Below, piece after piece: positions 19,697 to 29,229 of a stretch of 64,000 bases of DNA. The notes beneath the pieces were generated by a model. The model was not told where the DNA came from and did no database searches. It saw only the letters and a list, made by a program, of their open reading frames with translations. The position numbers were made by a program, and so were the translations under genes. Position 1 is the stretch's first letter; the number at the start of each line of letters is the position of its first letter. The stretch lies in NCBI RefSeq assembly GCF_038871235.1, contig NZ_JAVZIN010000001.1:64001-128000 (forward strand), given 5' to 3'. Source of the DNA: Candidatus Hadarchaeum sp. Lineage in GTDB: Archaea > Hadarchaeota > Hadarchaeia > Hadarchaeales > Hadarchaeaceae.

Positions 19697-19833
19697 TGGT
19701 CCCGCGGGGGAGAGTTTCAGCGGCTTAATCCGCGTTTGAACTCCCGACATTTACCGGAATCCTCTAGATTCTGTCGGTTTCAGCGCGGTTTGGGTCTACA
19801 GCCGACCACTCTACCAGGCTGAGTTACCGCGGG
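19697..19833 (-). tRNA. tRNA-Tyr(GTA) with three introns (37/38, 43/44, 59/60)
   Basis: C1-G72 CCCGCGG/CCGCGGG-A-CCA; GTCGG-CT-GTA-G...; removing 19779-19795, 19751-19772 and 19714-19734 gives a normal cloverleaf. Confidence 0.88.
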
Positions 19834-19941
19834 ACCGTTTAAGAATCTGGAATCTCCGTTATTAAGGTTTAACCTCTGCACTTACGAGTCTCATCTTCAG
19901 AAAAGATTGGTTTATAAAGTAGTGAGGAGACCTCATAGACG

Positions 19942-20838
19942 ATGTCAACCGAATTGGCCCAAAAAGGAGACGCTGCGCGGCGCAGGTTTTTCAAACCCAT
20001 GATCGCTGTTCTGATGGTCGTCGTGATTCTTCTGGTGACCGCCCCATCGATTGCCCAAGCTAAATCAAAGAGCACTGCTGCGGTAAAAGTTTATCAAGAA
20101 CGTGATGGCGTAACTAGGTTCGAGGAATATACCCCGCTCTCATCCCAACTGGGCGTTCCACCAGGATTTTTCTACAAGGCCAATGTTTACGCTGTTAACT
20201 TCAAGGGAGGAATTGTTTTAATCGATTGCGGCGCCGAGGATCTTTACTCCGATCTCATGGTGGCAATCAACAAAAAGTTACCCAGTAGACCAATTCTAGC
20301 CGTGCTGCTGACGCATGGACATGCCGATCATGCCGGAGCCGGACACTATTTCATAGACGCTGGAATCCCAGTTTACGCGTCCTTCGCGGATTCATATCTG
20401 ATTCAGATGGGGATGAACTTCCCGGGAGTGCCGATCGACTTTACCTATACTGGCTACACGCCGACCCAGCTGCTCTATGGAGGCGAACATCTTTTTGGTC
20501 TAAACGTGATCCCGACTCCCGGGCACACTTATGGATGTCTAAGTTTTCTGGAAGTGGAAACTAAATTACTTTTCAGCGGCGATGTCACGATATCCTATCC
20601 GGGTGACGATGTGGCACCTGAGGACATGACTTTTGAACTCGAATACATGACCTTGCAAGCAACCGATGACACAAGTTTGGAGATGCAGTTGAATTCTCTC
20701 AACTTACTTCTTGAGCTAACGGGCGACAGGCAAGTCAAAGCGATTATGCCGGGCCACAACCAAACTTATTACGGCAAACACGTCGTTGATTACCTTAAGA
20801 ACTCAATTGAAATGGTATCACAAGAGCTGGCCAATTAA
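19942..20838 (+). CDS. exported metallo-beta-lactamase-fold hydrolase
   Basis: THGHADH, TPGHT, FSGD, MPGH; N-terminal RRRFFK plus hydrophobic stretch. Confidence 0.85.
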   Translation: MSTELAQKGDAARRRFFKPMIAVLMVVVILLVTAPSIAQAKSKSTAAVKVYQERDGVTRFEEYTPLSSQLGVPPGFFYKANVYAVNFKGGIVLIDCGAEDLYSDLMVAINKKLPSRPILAVLLTHGHADHAGAGHYFIDAGIPVYASFADSYLIQMGMNFPGVPIDFTYTGYTPTQLLYGGEHLFGLNVIPTPGHTYGCLSFLEVETKLLFSGDVTISYPGDDVAPEDMTFELEYMTLQATDDTSLEMQLNSLNLLLELTGDRQVKAIMPGHNQTYYGKHVVDYLKNSIEMVSQELAN

Positions 20839-20845
20839 TCCTTAG

Positions 20846-21277
20846 TTAGCGCCTGAGTCGCTTGTGCTCGAGCATGATGCAGCGGTCCATGACGACCTCG
20901 AGTCCGGCTTTTTCGGCCATCTCAGCTGCCGCCTCGTTGGCGATGCCCAGTTGCATCCAGACACCCCTGACTTTGCCGTGCCTTCTTCTCAGCTCAACTG
21001 CTTGTGCCACGATTGGAGGAACATCGTCCGATGGCCGGAAGATATCGACCAGCTCTATCTCCTTCTGCAGCTGCTCAGGCACGTCCAAAAGGCTCGGGTA
21101 ACTCCTTTCACCAAGTATCTCCTCGGCCGATGGATTTACCGGAACTATGCGGTAGCCGTGACCCTTCAGGTAGGCTCCAACCTTGTGGCCATATTTTAAG
21201 GGGTCCTTTGACATTCCCACTACTGCGATCACCTTAGCGCTCAAAAGTGACCTTAACTTTTCATCACTTACGGCCAT
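20846..21277 (-). CDS. CoA-binding protein (YccU-like)
   Basis: IAVVGMS, VPVNP, VDIFRP, WMQLG, DRCI. Confidence 0.9.
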   Translation of the reverse strand: MAVSDEKLRSLLSAKVIAVVGMSKDPLKYGHKVGAYLKGHGYRIVPVNPSAEEILGERSYPSLLDVPEQLQKEIELVDIFRPSDDVPPIVAQAVELRRRHGKVRGVWMQLGIANEAAAEMAEKAGLEVVMDRCIMLEHKRLRR

Positions 21278-21296
21278 TTACCTCGTTACCTCGGAA

Positions 21297-22037
21297 TCAG
21301 GCATACATCTTCTCTGGCTCGGTGGCAGTGGCCTTCTCGTAGTTCTCCGCGATCTCCCTCAGCTTCTCCCGAATCTCATTGGCACCCGCGATCAATTCGG
21401 CGGTGTCAATTTTCAGCCCGTGGGTTCTGTTCAGCGCCTCGATCAGCACCGCGGCACCTTCGGGATCAGGAATGGTAGCCATCGCTGGGGTGAGGATGGC
21501 CGTTCCTTCTATTTTTCTCGTCAGGCATTCGCTGAGTATAGCACCGGCAATTCCGTAGATGATGCCCTTTCGAAGCAGATTGATTCCCCGATCCTTGAAG
21601 TGTTCGCACTTGCCCAGCTCGGTCACGCAGAAGGGCTGGCGATCCGTAGGTAATCCCGGCACCGGTATGCCCTCAAGAACCAGAATTTCTTTGGTGTCAT
21701 GCTTTTCGGCCCAATCGAGAAGTGCCGAAGATATTGAGTAGAGCCCCTCCTCTTTCAGTGGAATCTCGCAGATAACCACACAGAGGTTGTCCTTTTTGCT
21801 CGCGTGGATCCTAAAAGGATGCCTCAACTTTTCCCCAACAAATATCGCCACCGGAGGCAGGTGTTTAGATTTGATATAAGCCACCTCTTCCATTTTCAGC
21901 TTAGTTATTATCTGATCCACGGCAATTGAGCCCACCAAACCAGCTCCGACAAAACCGGCGATAATCAGCGGGTTCTTCAGGCCCAGATCTTTAACCTCTA
22001 CTATCTCAACTTCCGCCGCGTTTGATCCCCTTGTCAT
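21297..22037 (-). CDS. PAC2 proteasome assembly chaperone family protein
   Basis: GFVGAGLVGSIA, LPPVA, PDPEGA, C-terminal HbYX-like MYA. Confidence 0.88.
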   Translation of the reverse strand: MTRGSNAAEVEIVEVKDLGLKNPLIIAGFVGAGLVGSIAVDQIITKLKMEEVAYIKSKHLPPVAIFVGEKLRHPFRIHASKKDNLCVVICEIPLKEEGLYSISSALLDWAEKHDTKEILVLEGIPVPGLPTDRQPFCVTELGKCEHFKDRGINLLRKGIIYGIAGAILSECLTRKIEGTAILTPAMATIPDPEGAAVLIEALNRTHGLKIDTAELIAGANEIREKLREIAENYEKATATEPEKMYA

Positions 22038-22083
22038 GGATATCCCAAATCAATTTTCGCCGCCAATATTAAAGGGCCTCAGA

Positions 22084-23205
22084 TCAACCAATGAACTCAT
22101 GAAGCCTGCGGATCGCTTTCAACTTTTCCTCATGCCCGCACTTAGCCGCTTCAATGGCTCCTTCCAGGATCTCGGTTGTTTCTTGGTAGGTCTTCCTGTC
22201 CACAGGAAATGGAACACCGTCCTTACCGCCGTGGGCAAAGGAATATCTAATCGGATCCCGCCAAGACGGGGGTTTTCCGTAGATCAAGGTTGAAACCAGA
22301 GCTAGGGCCCTAATCGCTTTAGGTCCAATTCCGGAGATGGCTATTAACTCCTCATAGTTCTCCGGTTGGATTTCATAGGCGCGCTGCAGGGCGGCGATGG
22401 TCCGCTTGGGCAGCTCGGTGATTCTATGGCTGCGGGGCATCACGAGTCTCATGGTCCGCTCTTCCTTGCCCACAAAATCATCCAATGAGCGCTGCTCGAA
22501 CTCGCGAATTTCGGCCAAAATCCTTTTTGGACCATCGCGTACTAGATCCACGCTTGTCCTCCTTGCCTCCTCACTATCCCGAGCAGTCATATCCAGCGCT
22601 ACCTCCTCGGCACGTTCACCAATTATTCCAGAATGGGGCTCCTCCACAAAGCTTCTCAATCCCTCGGAAAGCCAGTGATATCGCCGCGCAAAGTTTTCGT
22701 TCATCCCCTGCTGAACCACGGCCCAATTTCCGTTCTCATCGACGAAAAAAGCGTGGTGGTAAAGCTGATAACCATCCTGAACGCAGGCGTTGTCCACCTT
22801 TGCGGCCATCCTGCTGGCATATTTGAGCCGCTCCGTCTTTGCCGTGGTGAATGAGAAGATATCCGTCAATCCTTCAATTTCCTGTGGCACCAATTTTGAC
22901 ACTTTTCCCTTGCCACCACAGACAGCTATTCCCAGCTCCTCGGGCATTAGTGCTTCTTTCAGGGCGCCGGTGAGCGTCGTGGTCAGACCTGAGGAGTGGA
23001 AATCAAAACCCACGATACAACCAAGTGACTGGAAGAAGAATGGGTCCGCCATCCTCTGCAAAAATTCCTCCGTGCCGTGTTCCAGCACAATGGCCTCAAC
23101 TATTGCACCCGATAATTTAACCATGCGCCGGAATAGCCAAGGGGGGCAAGCCCCATAATGCAGAGGTAGTTCCGCGGTTCCGGTTCTTTTCATTTCAACA
23201 CCCAA
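22084..23205 (-). CDS. DUF763 family protein
   Basis: LPLHYG, DFHSSGLTT, ARRYHW, FAHGGKDGVPFPV. Confidence 0.9.
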   Translation of the reverse strand: MGVEMKRTGTAELPLHYGACPPWLFRRMVKLSGAIVEAIVLEHGTEEFLQRMADPFFFQSLGCIVGFDFHSSGLTTTLTGALKEALMPEELGIAVCGGKGKVSKLVPQEIEGLTDIFSFTTAKTERLKYASRMAAKVDNACVQDGYQLYHHAFFVDENGNWAVVQQGMNENFARRYHWLSEGLRSFVEEPHSGIIGERAEEVALDMTARDSEEARRTSVDLVRDGPKRILAEIREFEQRSLDDFVGKEERTMRLVMPRSHRITELPKRTIAALQRAYEIQPENYEELIAISGIGPKAIRALALVSTLIYGKPPSWRDPIRYSFAHGGKDGVPFPVDRKTYQETTEILEGAIEAAKCGHEEKLKAIRRLHEFIG

Positions 23206-23334
23206 TCATTTTCATGGGTGGAAACTGCACGCTTTTTCACTATCCTTTATCTTGGTCTGTTTTTTTATTTTCGATGGTGTTTGGGAAAAAGAATGCTGTG
23301 ATTGTCTATAACCTAGTTACAACTAAGGCAAGAT

Positions 23335-23348
23335 AAAAAAACAAAAAA
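23335..23348 (-). terminator. U-rich archaeal terminator
   Basis: TTTTTTGTTTTTTT on the minus strand 14 nt after the stop of the 71-aa ORF. Confidence 0.55.
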
Positions 23349-23362
23349 GCAGGGGGGTGGAG

Positions 23363-23578
23363 TCACTTTAACAAATGATATCCCGCCGCCTTTTCTCTCG
23401 CCACGCGCTTGGCAAAGCCTTTCGCGACGAGCTCCATCAGCGCGTTGTTCACCATACCCTTGGGTAGGTGCGCGGTTCGCATCACATCGTCCGCTGTTTT
23501 CAGCACCTCAGGGCTTGTCGCGCCTAGCTTTTTAAGCGCATCGTAGACCTTCTGGGCATTGGGTGTCAATTCGGCCAT
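23363..23578 (-). CDS. small basic winged-helix-like protein
   Basis: strong GAGGTGATC RBS; NALMELVAKGFAKR helix pattern. Confidence 0.75.
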   Translation of the reverse strand: MAELTPNAQKVYDALKKLGATSPEVLKTADDVMRTAHLPKGMVNNALMELVAKGFAKRVAREKAAGYHLLK

Positions 23579-23678
23579 ATGATCACCTCATTTTCTGCTA
23601 TTCTGTCACCGATTATCTTAAAAACGCTTACTGTTGCGGTCTCCAGTCACAAAAGACGGGTTTTGAATACCACCTCGC

Positions 23679-24530
23679 TCAAAGGGCCTCCCTTATCTTT
23701 AGCGTCATATCTATTGAATGCGAGCGCATTGTCATGTAGCTAGTCGATATTATTTCAACGCCAGTTGCCGCATAATCGGCGATATTTGCAGGAGTTATCC
23801 CCCCAGAGGCTTCCAAGGAGACTCTCTTTCTCAAATCTGCCTTTTCAAGCAACGTGATAGTACGTTTTATCTGGTCCGGTGTCATGTTATCCAGCATCAC
23901 AATATCGGCACCGGCACTCGCCGCTTCCAGCACCTCCTCTGGCGTGGTGATTTCAATCTCGATCTTTCCGAACTTGCCTACCTCCTTAAACTTCTTCACC
24001 GCGGCAGCGATGGAACCCACCAGCTTGAGATGGTTGTCCTTAATGAGAACTTGGTCGCTCAAGTTGAAACGATGAGGATGGCCGCCAGCAATCTCCACTG
24101 CGCGTTTATCAAAATACTTTAACAGTGGGGCCGTTTTCCTCGTCGCCGCGATTATCACCTTGGGATTTTTTTCTCTCGCCAACTCGATCAGCTCACGCGT
24201 TGCCGTGGCTATGCCGCTCATTCTCATCATCAAATTCAGCGCCACTCTTTCGGCGGCCAGTATCTTTCTCGCCGGGCCGTCCAATCTCATGATCACTTCA
24301 TCGGGACGGATGCTCTCTCCATCACGACGCAAAATTTTCACCCTAACGCCAACTTCCCTGAAGACCATCGCGGCCTCCTTCACACCGGCCAGCACCCCGT
24401 CCTGTTTTGAGATAATTTCAGCCTTAGCGCGGAGCTTCGGATCAATCAGAACGTTTGAGGTCACATCTCCGCTTCCTAGGTCCTCGGCCAGCATCTCCCG
24501 GATTTTCTTTCTAAGATAGTTTTCAGTCAC
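23679..24530 (-). CDS. nadC: nicotinate-nucleotide pyrophosphorylase (carboxylating)
   Basis: ATRKTAP, LIKDNH, VMLDN, EASGGI. Confidence 0.95.
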   Translation of the reverse strand: MTENYLRKKIREMLAEDLGSGDVTSNVLIDPKLRAKAEIISKQDGVLAGVKEAAMVFREVGVRVKILRRDGESIRPDEVIMRLDGPARKILAAERVALNLMMRMSGIATATRELIELAREKNPKVIIAATRKTAPLLKYFDKRAVEIAGGHPHRFNLSDQVLIKDNHLKLVGSIAAAVKKFKEVGKFGKIEIEITTPEEVLEAASAGADIVMLDNMTPDQIKRTITLLEKADLRKRVSLEASGGITPANIADYAATGVEIISTSYMTMRSHSIDMTLKIREAL

Positions 24531-25455
24531 GGGTAGCCCTCCCTGAGAGCTCCAACATCCTTCCCGTCGCTCGTCGAGCCCTTGCGGCGATGGCCGGCGG
24601 AACTGTCACCACGTGTTTCATATCCCGCAATGACTCGTATAGCTTTTGCAGGTTGTGTTTTTTCATCTGCTGACAGACAGCAGTCCCCAGCGCGGGTATA
24701 AACTCCTTTTCTGGGAACTCCCGCCTGAGGCGCTCCACCATACCTACTTCGGTGGTGATGATGAACCTTTTCGCTGGGGAGGCCTTGGCTCTGATCACCA
24801 TCTGGCTGGTGCTGCACATGTGGCTGGCCAGCTTCTGTACCTCGGGGTCGCATTCAGGGTGAACCAGTACCTCGGCGTCCGGAAACCTCTCCTTTTTGAG
24901 GAGGATGTCAGCGGGAGTGAACATTCTGTGAACATAACAGTAGCCGAAATCTGGTATTGGAATAATCTTCTTGTCAGTTCTCTGCTGAACATACCAGGCC
25001 AAGTTTTTGTCAGGACCAAAAATGATTTCCTCCTCATCGAGAGCATTGACTATCTGAGCCGCGTTAGCTGAGGTGCAGACAACATCGGCCTCGGCGCGAG
25101 TTTCGGCGAGGGTGTTGATGTAAAGAACCACCGCCGCCCCGGGATACTTCAACCTGACCTCGCGGACCGTTTCAGGGGGCAGCTGGGCGGCCATCGGGCA
25201 TCGGGCATCTGGGTCCGGGATCAGAATTGTTTTATCCGGGTTCAGCATCGCCGCGGTCTGGGCCATGAAATCAACTCCGGCAAAGAGCACTACTTTCTCC
25301 TTTACCTTAGCAGAATACCTTGCTAAATCAAGCGAGTCCCCGATGTAGTCCGCAAGTAGCTGTATCTCCTCCCGCTGATAATTGTGGGCGAGGATGATGG
25401 CCTCACGCTCGGCCTTCAGCCTCAAAATTTCGTCACGAAGTTGCTCTTGCTGCAT
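24523..25455 (-). CDS. nadA: quinolinate synthase A
   Basis: AHNYQ, GDSL, CPMA, CTSANA, CYVH, HPEC. Confidence 0.95.
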   Translation of the reverse strand: MQQEQLRDEILRLKAEREAIILAHNYQREEIQLLADYIGDSLDLARYSAKVKEKVVLFAGVDFMAQTAAMLNPDKTILIPDPDARCPMAAQLPPETVREVRLKYPGAAVVLYINTLAETRAEADVVCTSANAAQIVNALDEEEIIFGPDKNLAWYVQQRTDKKIIPIPDFGYCYVHRMFTPADILLKKERFPDAEVLVHPECDPEVQKLASHMCSTSQMVIRAKASPAKRFIITTEVGMVERLRREFPEKEFIPALGTAVCQQMKKHNLQKLYESLRDMKHVVTVPPAIAARARRATGRMLELSGRATRD

Positions 25456-25492
25456 ACTGACACTAAGAAAACAAGTGGGCAGAGGTTATTAA

Positions 25493-26314
25493 CTATGTGC
25501 CAACTTGAACTGTCTCGCTTAGATTTTTTAAAGTTCGTGCTACTGAAAGTGCTGCCAGATAGCTGGTTCGCGGTGACTCCGGAAAGGGCACATTAAGCGA
25601 CCTAGTCAAGAGTTCGCCTGCCTCGCCGCGGATTCTAATCTCGTGGATATTTCTTTTGATTCGCGGGTCGGCAACAATCCTCACTAATGTTCTATCAAAG
25701 CCGACACCGGCCAAGCTCAAGGTGGCGGCCACGTTGACGCTGGCTGGGAAGAACTTCACAGCCTCACGGGCTGTTCCACTAAAGATCACCTTTGGTCCCC
25801 TGAGTCCGCTTAGCTTTATTCCTTTTCTTTTGAGATATTCGTTATTCTTAAAAGCAGAAGGAGGTTTTCGCGTTGTCAGCCTCACCTCTTTAATTTCCCG
25901 TAGCGACGAAGCCTTTGCTCCGTCAATTCCCACCACGGCGCCGGAGGGGATGTAGATCTTCCTGCCCAAGTTCATGGCTTCGGTTCGCAGACTGTTGAGG
26001 AGGTCCTCACCAGAAAGAGCGCCCACACTAAGGATGATGAGGTCTTTTCCGGACCTGAGGACGTCCAGCGAATATTGTCTGACCGCCTCCTGAGAAGCGG
26101 CCTCGACAACTATGTCGACATCCTCGTCCTCGTAAATTTCGGCAACCCTGCGCAAAATTCTGGGCTTGTTTTTTAAGCCGGAAACCAGCCTCTTGCAGCG
26201 CTCCAGCTTCAAGTCATAGACCCAGCCCAGCTCCACCCCACCTGCTTCACCTGAATCAATCAACTGTGCCAATGCCGCGCCAATTGCGCCACAACCTATC
26301 AGGCCAACCTTCAT
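25493..26314 (-). CDS. nadX: L-aspartate dehydrogenase
   Basis: GCGAIG, VEAASQ, PSGA, TTRKPP, NVAATL, TSYLAALS; start taken at MKVGL. Confidence 0.92.
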   Translation of the reverse strand: MKVGLIGCGAIGAALAQLIDSGEAGGVELGWVYDLKLERCKRLVSGLKNKPRILRRVAEIYEDEDVDIVVEAASQEAVRQYSLDVLRSGKDLIILSVGALSGEDLLNSLRTEAMNLGRKIYIPSGAVVGIDGAKASSLREIKEVRLTTRKPPSAFKNNEYLKRKGIKLSGLRGPKVIFSGTAREAVKFFPASVNVAATLSLAGVGFDRTLVRIVADPRIKRNIHEIRIRGEAGELLTRSLNVPFPESPRTSYLAALSVARTLKNLSETVQVGT

Positions 26315-26374
26315 CTCATCCACCAAAGTTTTGAGCTCATAGGTCATTTTTCCATTGAGGGCATCCTAGTTACT

Positions 26375-27208
26375 TTAATGCGGGCTCTTAAAAGCGATTT
26401 CCAGAAGTTTTCTGTATTTTACATTATAGTTAAAGAACCCAACGGCAAGTATGAGGTAGCCCAGATCCCAGAGAACGTCGATAATGTGGCCGCTCAGGTA
26501 GGAGCTCAATATAAGGGTGTAAAGGACGTCTGCGACCGCTATTAATAACAGAGCAGCTAAAATTGTCACCCACAGCTTGAAAAGCTCTTTTCCCGAAATG
26601 TGGATCATCGTGGTGATGAGGGCGATCAACAAAAAGGCGTCACCAATGATATAGCCTGCGGTGGTTGCCTTCTCCACAGCGGGCATGTCGACCGCTGTGA
26701 GTGTTGGCAACGAAAGGTAAAAAAAGAAGACTAAGATAATCGCTGACAGCATCAGATTGAAAATCAGCCTTTTATAATCGCGCTTTATTTTTGTCGAGTT
26801 CCAAACGAGCAAAATTCCCAGTATAAATAGAGGATAGCCGGCAATCCAAAAAACATCAGCAATGCTGGCCACGGGCGCTTCAACACCGAGAACGATTTTA
26901 TATAAGCTCCAGCTTAATTCCCCAAGAAACCAGAAAAATATCCCCGCCGTCAAGAAAATCATGATTCTGCCTCTGATGTTAGAGAGACCATGCAGTTTGC
27001 AGGAAGCAGCGCCGAAAATTACTGCAAGAAGTGAGAAAAACATAGTGATGATATTGCTTACGAGGGAAAAGTCGTCGCCTAGGGGCTGAAAAATGTGGAG
27101 AAGCAAATCAACCAAAAAGGCAATCGCTAAGCCTACAGTTGTGGGACCAAGCCTTTTCATGTATGTCCTAAATGACTTGTTTTTTCGTTTTAAATGCTGT
27201 TGTGTCAA
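26375..27208 (-). CDS. multi-pass membrane protein resembling a stand-alone sensor domain
   Basis: about 8 hydrophobic segments, WFLGE...SIADVFWIAGY pattern. Confidence 0.65.
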   Translation of the reverse strand: MTQQHLKRKNKSFRTYMKRLGPTTVGLAIAFLVDLLLHIFQPLGDDFSLVSNIITMFFSLLAVIFGAASCKLHGLSNIRGRIMIFLTAGIFFWFLGELSWSLYKIVLGVEAPVASIADVFWIAGYPLFILGILLVWNSTKIKRDYKRLIFNLMLSAIILVFFFYLSLPTLTAVDMPAVEKATTAGYIIGDAFLLIALITTMIHISGKELFKLWVTILAALLLIAVADVLYTLILSSYLSGHIIDVLWDLGYLILAVGFFNYNVKYRKLLEIAFKSPH

Positions 27209-27242
27209 CCAGCTAAATTGCCTTTTTCCCGCGAGCGGGTCC

Positions 27243-28736
27243 TCACATCTGCAACGGGTTTAATCCCTGTTCCATCGCCCTCAGATATGGCTTGAGCCCA
27301 CGCTTGATGAACCCGATGAAAACCTTCTCCAGCATGATTCGATGGACGAACGACCTGAATTCATCCTTAGCTAGCTCGTCAATCCATTTCAGGTCATGTT
27401 TCACACAAGCGGCCAGCAGTTTCCAATGTTCTGGCATCATGTCGTTAACGGTAAATCTCCTCGCTTCACTGAGCACCCCTAGCGGCACGAAAAAGAGGGG
27501 AACGATGAGGGATTTGTACTCCTTTAGTTCCTCCACCAGTTCAATCGTCTTTACAACATCTTCTGGTTTTTCCCCGGGCAACCCCATGATCAGCGTAGAA
27601 CAGGGCACCCAGCAGTTATCGTGCAACAGCTTGTGGGCCTCAATCACCACCTCCGGCCACTGCTCTGGTTTGAATGGTGCCACCTTTCCCCGCATATTTT
27701 TTTCTATGAGACGGGGCGACCCGGTCTCTATGCCAACCTGTCCCGCGATCCATGGTATTTTTCTGCTCGGCACCTCCATGAGCTCCTTCAGCTGCTTTAT
27801 CAGCTCGGGTTTCGCCATAGCCGAGGCGAAGGCAAAGTGAGAGATATAGGCACCCCATCCCGTGACCTTTTTCACCTCTTCAAACAGCTTCAGGACCTTA
27901 GCTTCATCAGGGATGATACTTTTCGCCCCGTATCTCAGCACATCCTCGGCATGCAGGAGGATTCTGTCGAGCCCGGCATCGAGGTTGACCTTCACCTCCT
28001 CCAGAATTTTGTCGATCGGTCTGCATCTGAAATAGCGGAGGGTGGGAACGCAGAACTCACATCCCCTGCCGCAACCTCGGGCGATTTCAACTATCCCATT
28101 TATCGTGGCGTGTTTTATGGATGGGATTTCCTCAACGGGTACCACTTCACCCTCTACAATCCCCGGGAGCGTCTCACCTTTCAATGCCTTTTCAAATACC
28201 TTCACAGCGGTTCTTTCTCCCTCCCCTACAACCACACAATCTATCTCCAATTGTTTTCGCACCGAATCGTCCGCCAGCTGCCACGCCCCAGGGCCACCGA
28301 CTATCGTCTTTAGACCATTGTCCTTAATTATGGGATTGGTGATCAGTTTCCGGAAGAAGATTGCCGAATAGGTCTCCTTACCCATCAGGCTGGAAAAAGT
28401 ACTGGAAGCGGGACCTATTCCTAAGGGGTCGTTCGAGGTAATGCCCAAAACCTTGGTTTCGTTATCGATAACCTTATTCAACTGATCCGGATGCGCCACC
28501 ACCACATCGAAGCCCTTCTCTAATAGGGCGGCCTCGATCTTTCTCGTTCCTCCGGGCGCATATTTCACCACCCCGTTGTGCCGGGGCACGGGGGGACATA
28601 CCACCAACCTGTATAACCAATCTGGCACTATCTTCGGGGCGCAGGCGGCAAAGCCGAGAAACTCTGAACCGCGGTAATCGCTCATCAGGGAATACTCCGC
28701 GGTCAGAACTATCTCGCTCAGAGCAACTACCCCCAT
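27243..28736 (-). CDS. B12-binding radical SAM protein, GrsA/GrsB-like (candidate GDGT ring synthase)
   Basis: IVLTA..SLMSDY.G.EFLGF, APGGTRKIEA, GGPGAWQ, RGCGRGCEFC, GIETGS. Confidence 0.7.
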   Translation of the reverse strand: MGVVALSEIVLTAEYSLMSDYRGSEFLGFAACAPKIVPDWLYRLVVCPPVPRHNGVVKYAPGGTRKIEAALLEKGFDVVVAHPDQLNKVIDNETKVLGITSNDPLGIGPASSTFSSLMGKETYSAIFFRKLITNPIIKDNGLKTIVGGPGAWQLADDSVRKQLEIDCVVVGEGERTAVKVFEKALKGETLPGIVEGEVVPVEEIPSIKHATINGIVEIARGCGRGCEFCVPTLRYFRCRPIDKILEEVKVNLDAGLDRILLHAEDVLRYGAKSIIPDEAKVLKLFEEVKKVTGWGAYISHFAFASAMAKPELIKQLKELMEVPSRKIPWIAGQVGIETGSPRLIEKNMRGKVAPFKPEQWPEVVIEAHKLLHDNCWVPCSTLIMGLPGEKPEDVVKTIELVEELKEYKSLIVPLFFVPLGVLSEARRFTVNDMMPEHWKLLAACVKHDLKWIDELAKDEFRSFVHRIMLEKVFIGFIKRGLKPYLRAMEQGLNPLQM

Positions 28737-28772
28737 TTTAACTAGTCGCTAAGATGTTACGTTGCTCTTTTT

Positions 28773-29129
28773 TCACCCTGAAATCTTCTTCAGATAGTAT
28801 AGACGCCGGCGTATCTCACATCCCACTGCCCGGATGAAATCATCAGAATGCAACCTGAAATAGCGATAGGCTAACCGCCCTTCCTTTGTCACTGAGATTT
28901 CTCTCTGAACTAGTTTCAAATTAACCAGCTTCTTCAGGTGCTCTTTAACGGCCCGCTCCGATCTTTTCGTGCCAGCGACAATTTCCGCCACTGAGAGTTT
29001 TTTCTCAGTTCGCGCCAAGAGGTCCAAAATTCTCCTTCCTGTGGACTTTATCCCTAATATCTTTGCCGCTTCATGAATCATGCCTTTGTCATTCATAACC
29101 TTACCCAATATGATGATAAAAAAAGTCAC
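28773..29129 (-). CDS. HTH transcriptional regulator (TrmB/ArsR-like)
   Basis: LSVAEI...SERAVKEHLKKLV winged HTH. Confidence 0.75.
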   Translation of the reverse strand: MTFFIIILGKVMNDKGMIHEAAKILGIKSTGRRILDLLARTEKKLSVAEIVAGTKRSERAVKEHLKKLVNLKLVQREISVTKEGRLAYRYFRLHSDDFIRAVGCEIRRRLYYLKKISG

Positions 29130-29229
29130 TTATAAATGCACACGTGTGCAAAAATATCTGCATCAGAAATTATCGGGGTAAAAGTTTTAGGTTCCGCAAC
29201 ACGATTTTATAACAAACTTTGGTGAGCTG

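Noticed and set aside
18190-19728. Short ORFs 18190-18378, 19205-19393 and 19540-19728 (also 47636-47851, 38662-38874)
   Set aside because: They overlap tRNA or 5S rRNA genes and are spurious translations.
19842-19850. Upstream AGATTCT complementary to tRNA-Tyr intron 2
   Set aside because: Only 7 bp and probably upstream of the TSS implied by the TATA-like element near 19860.
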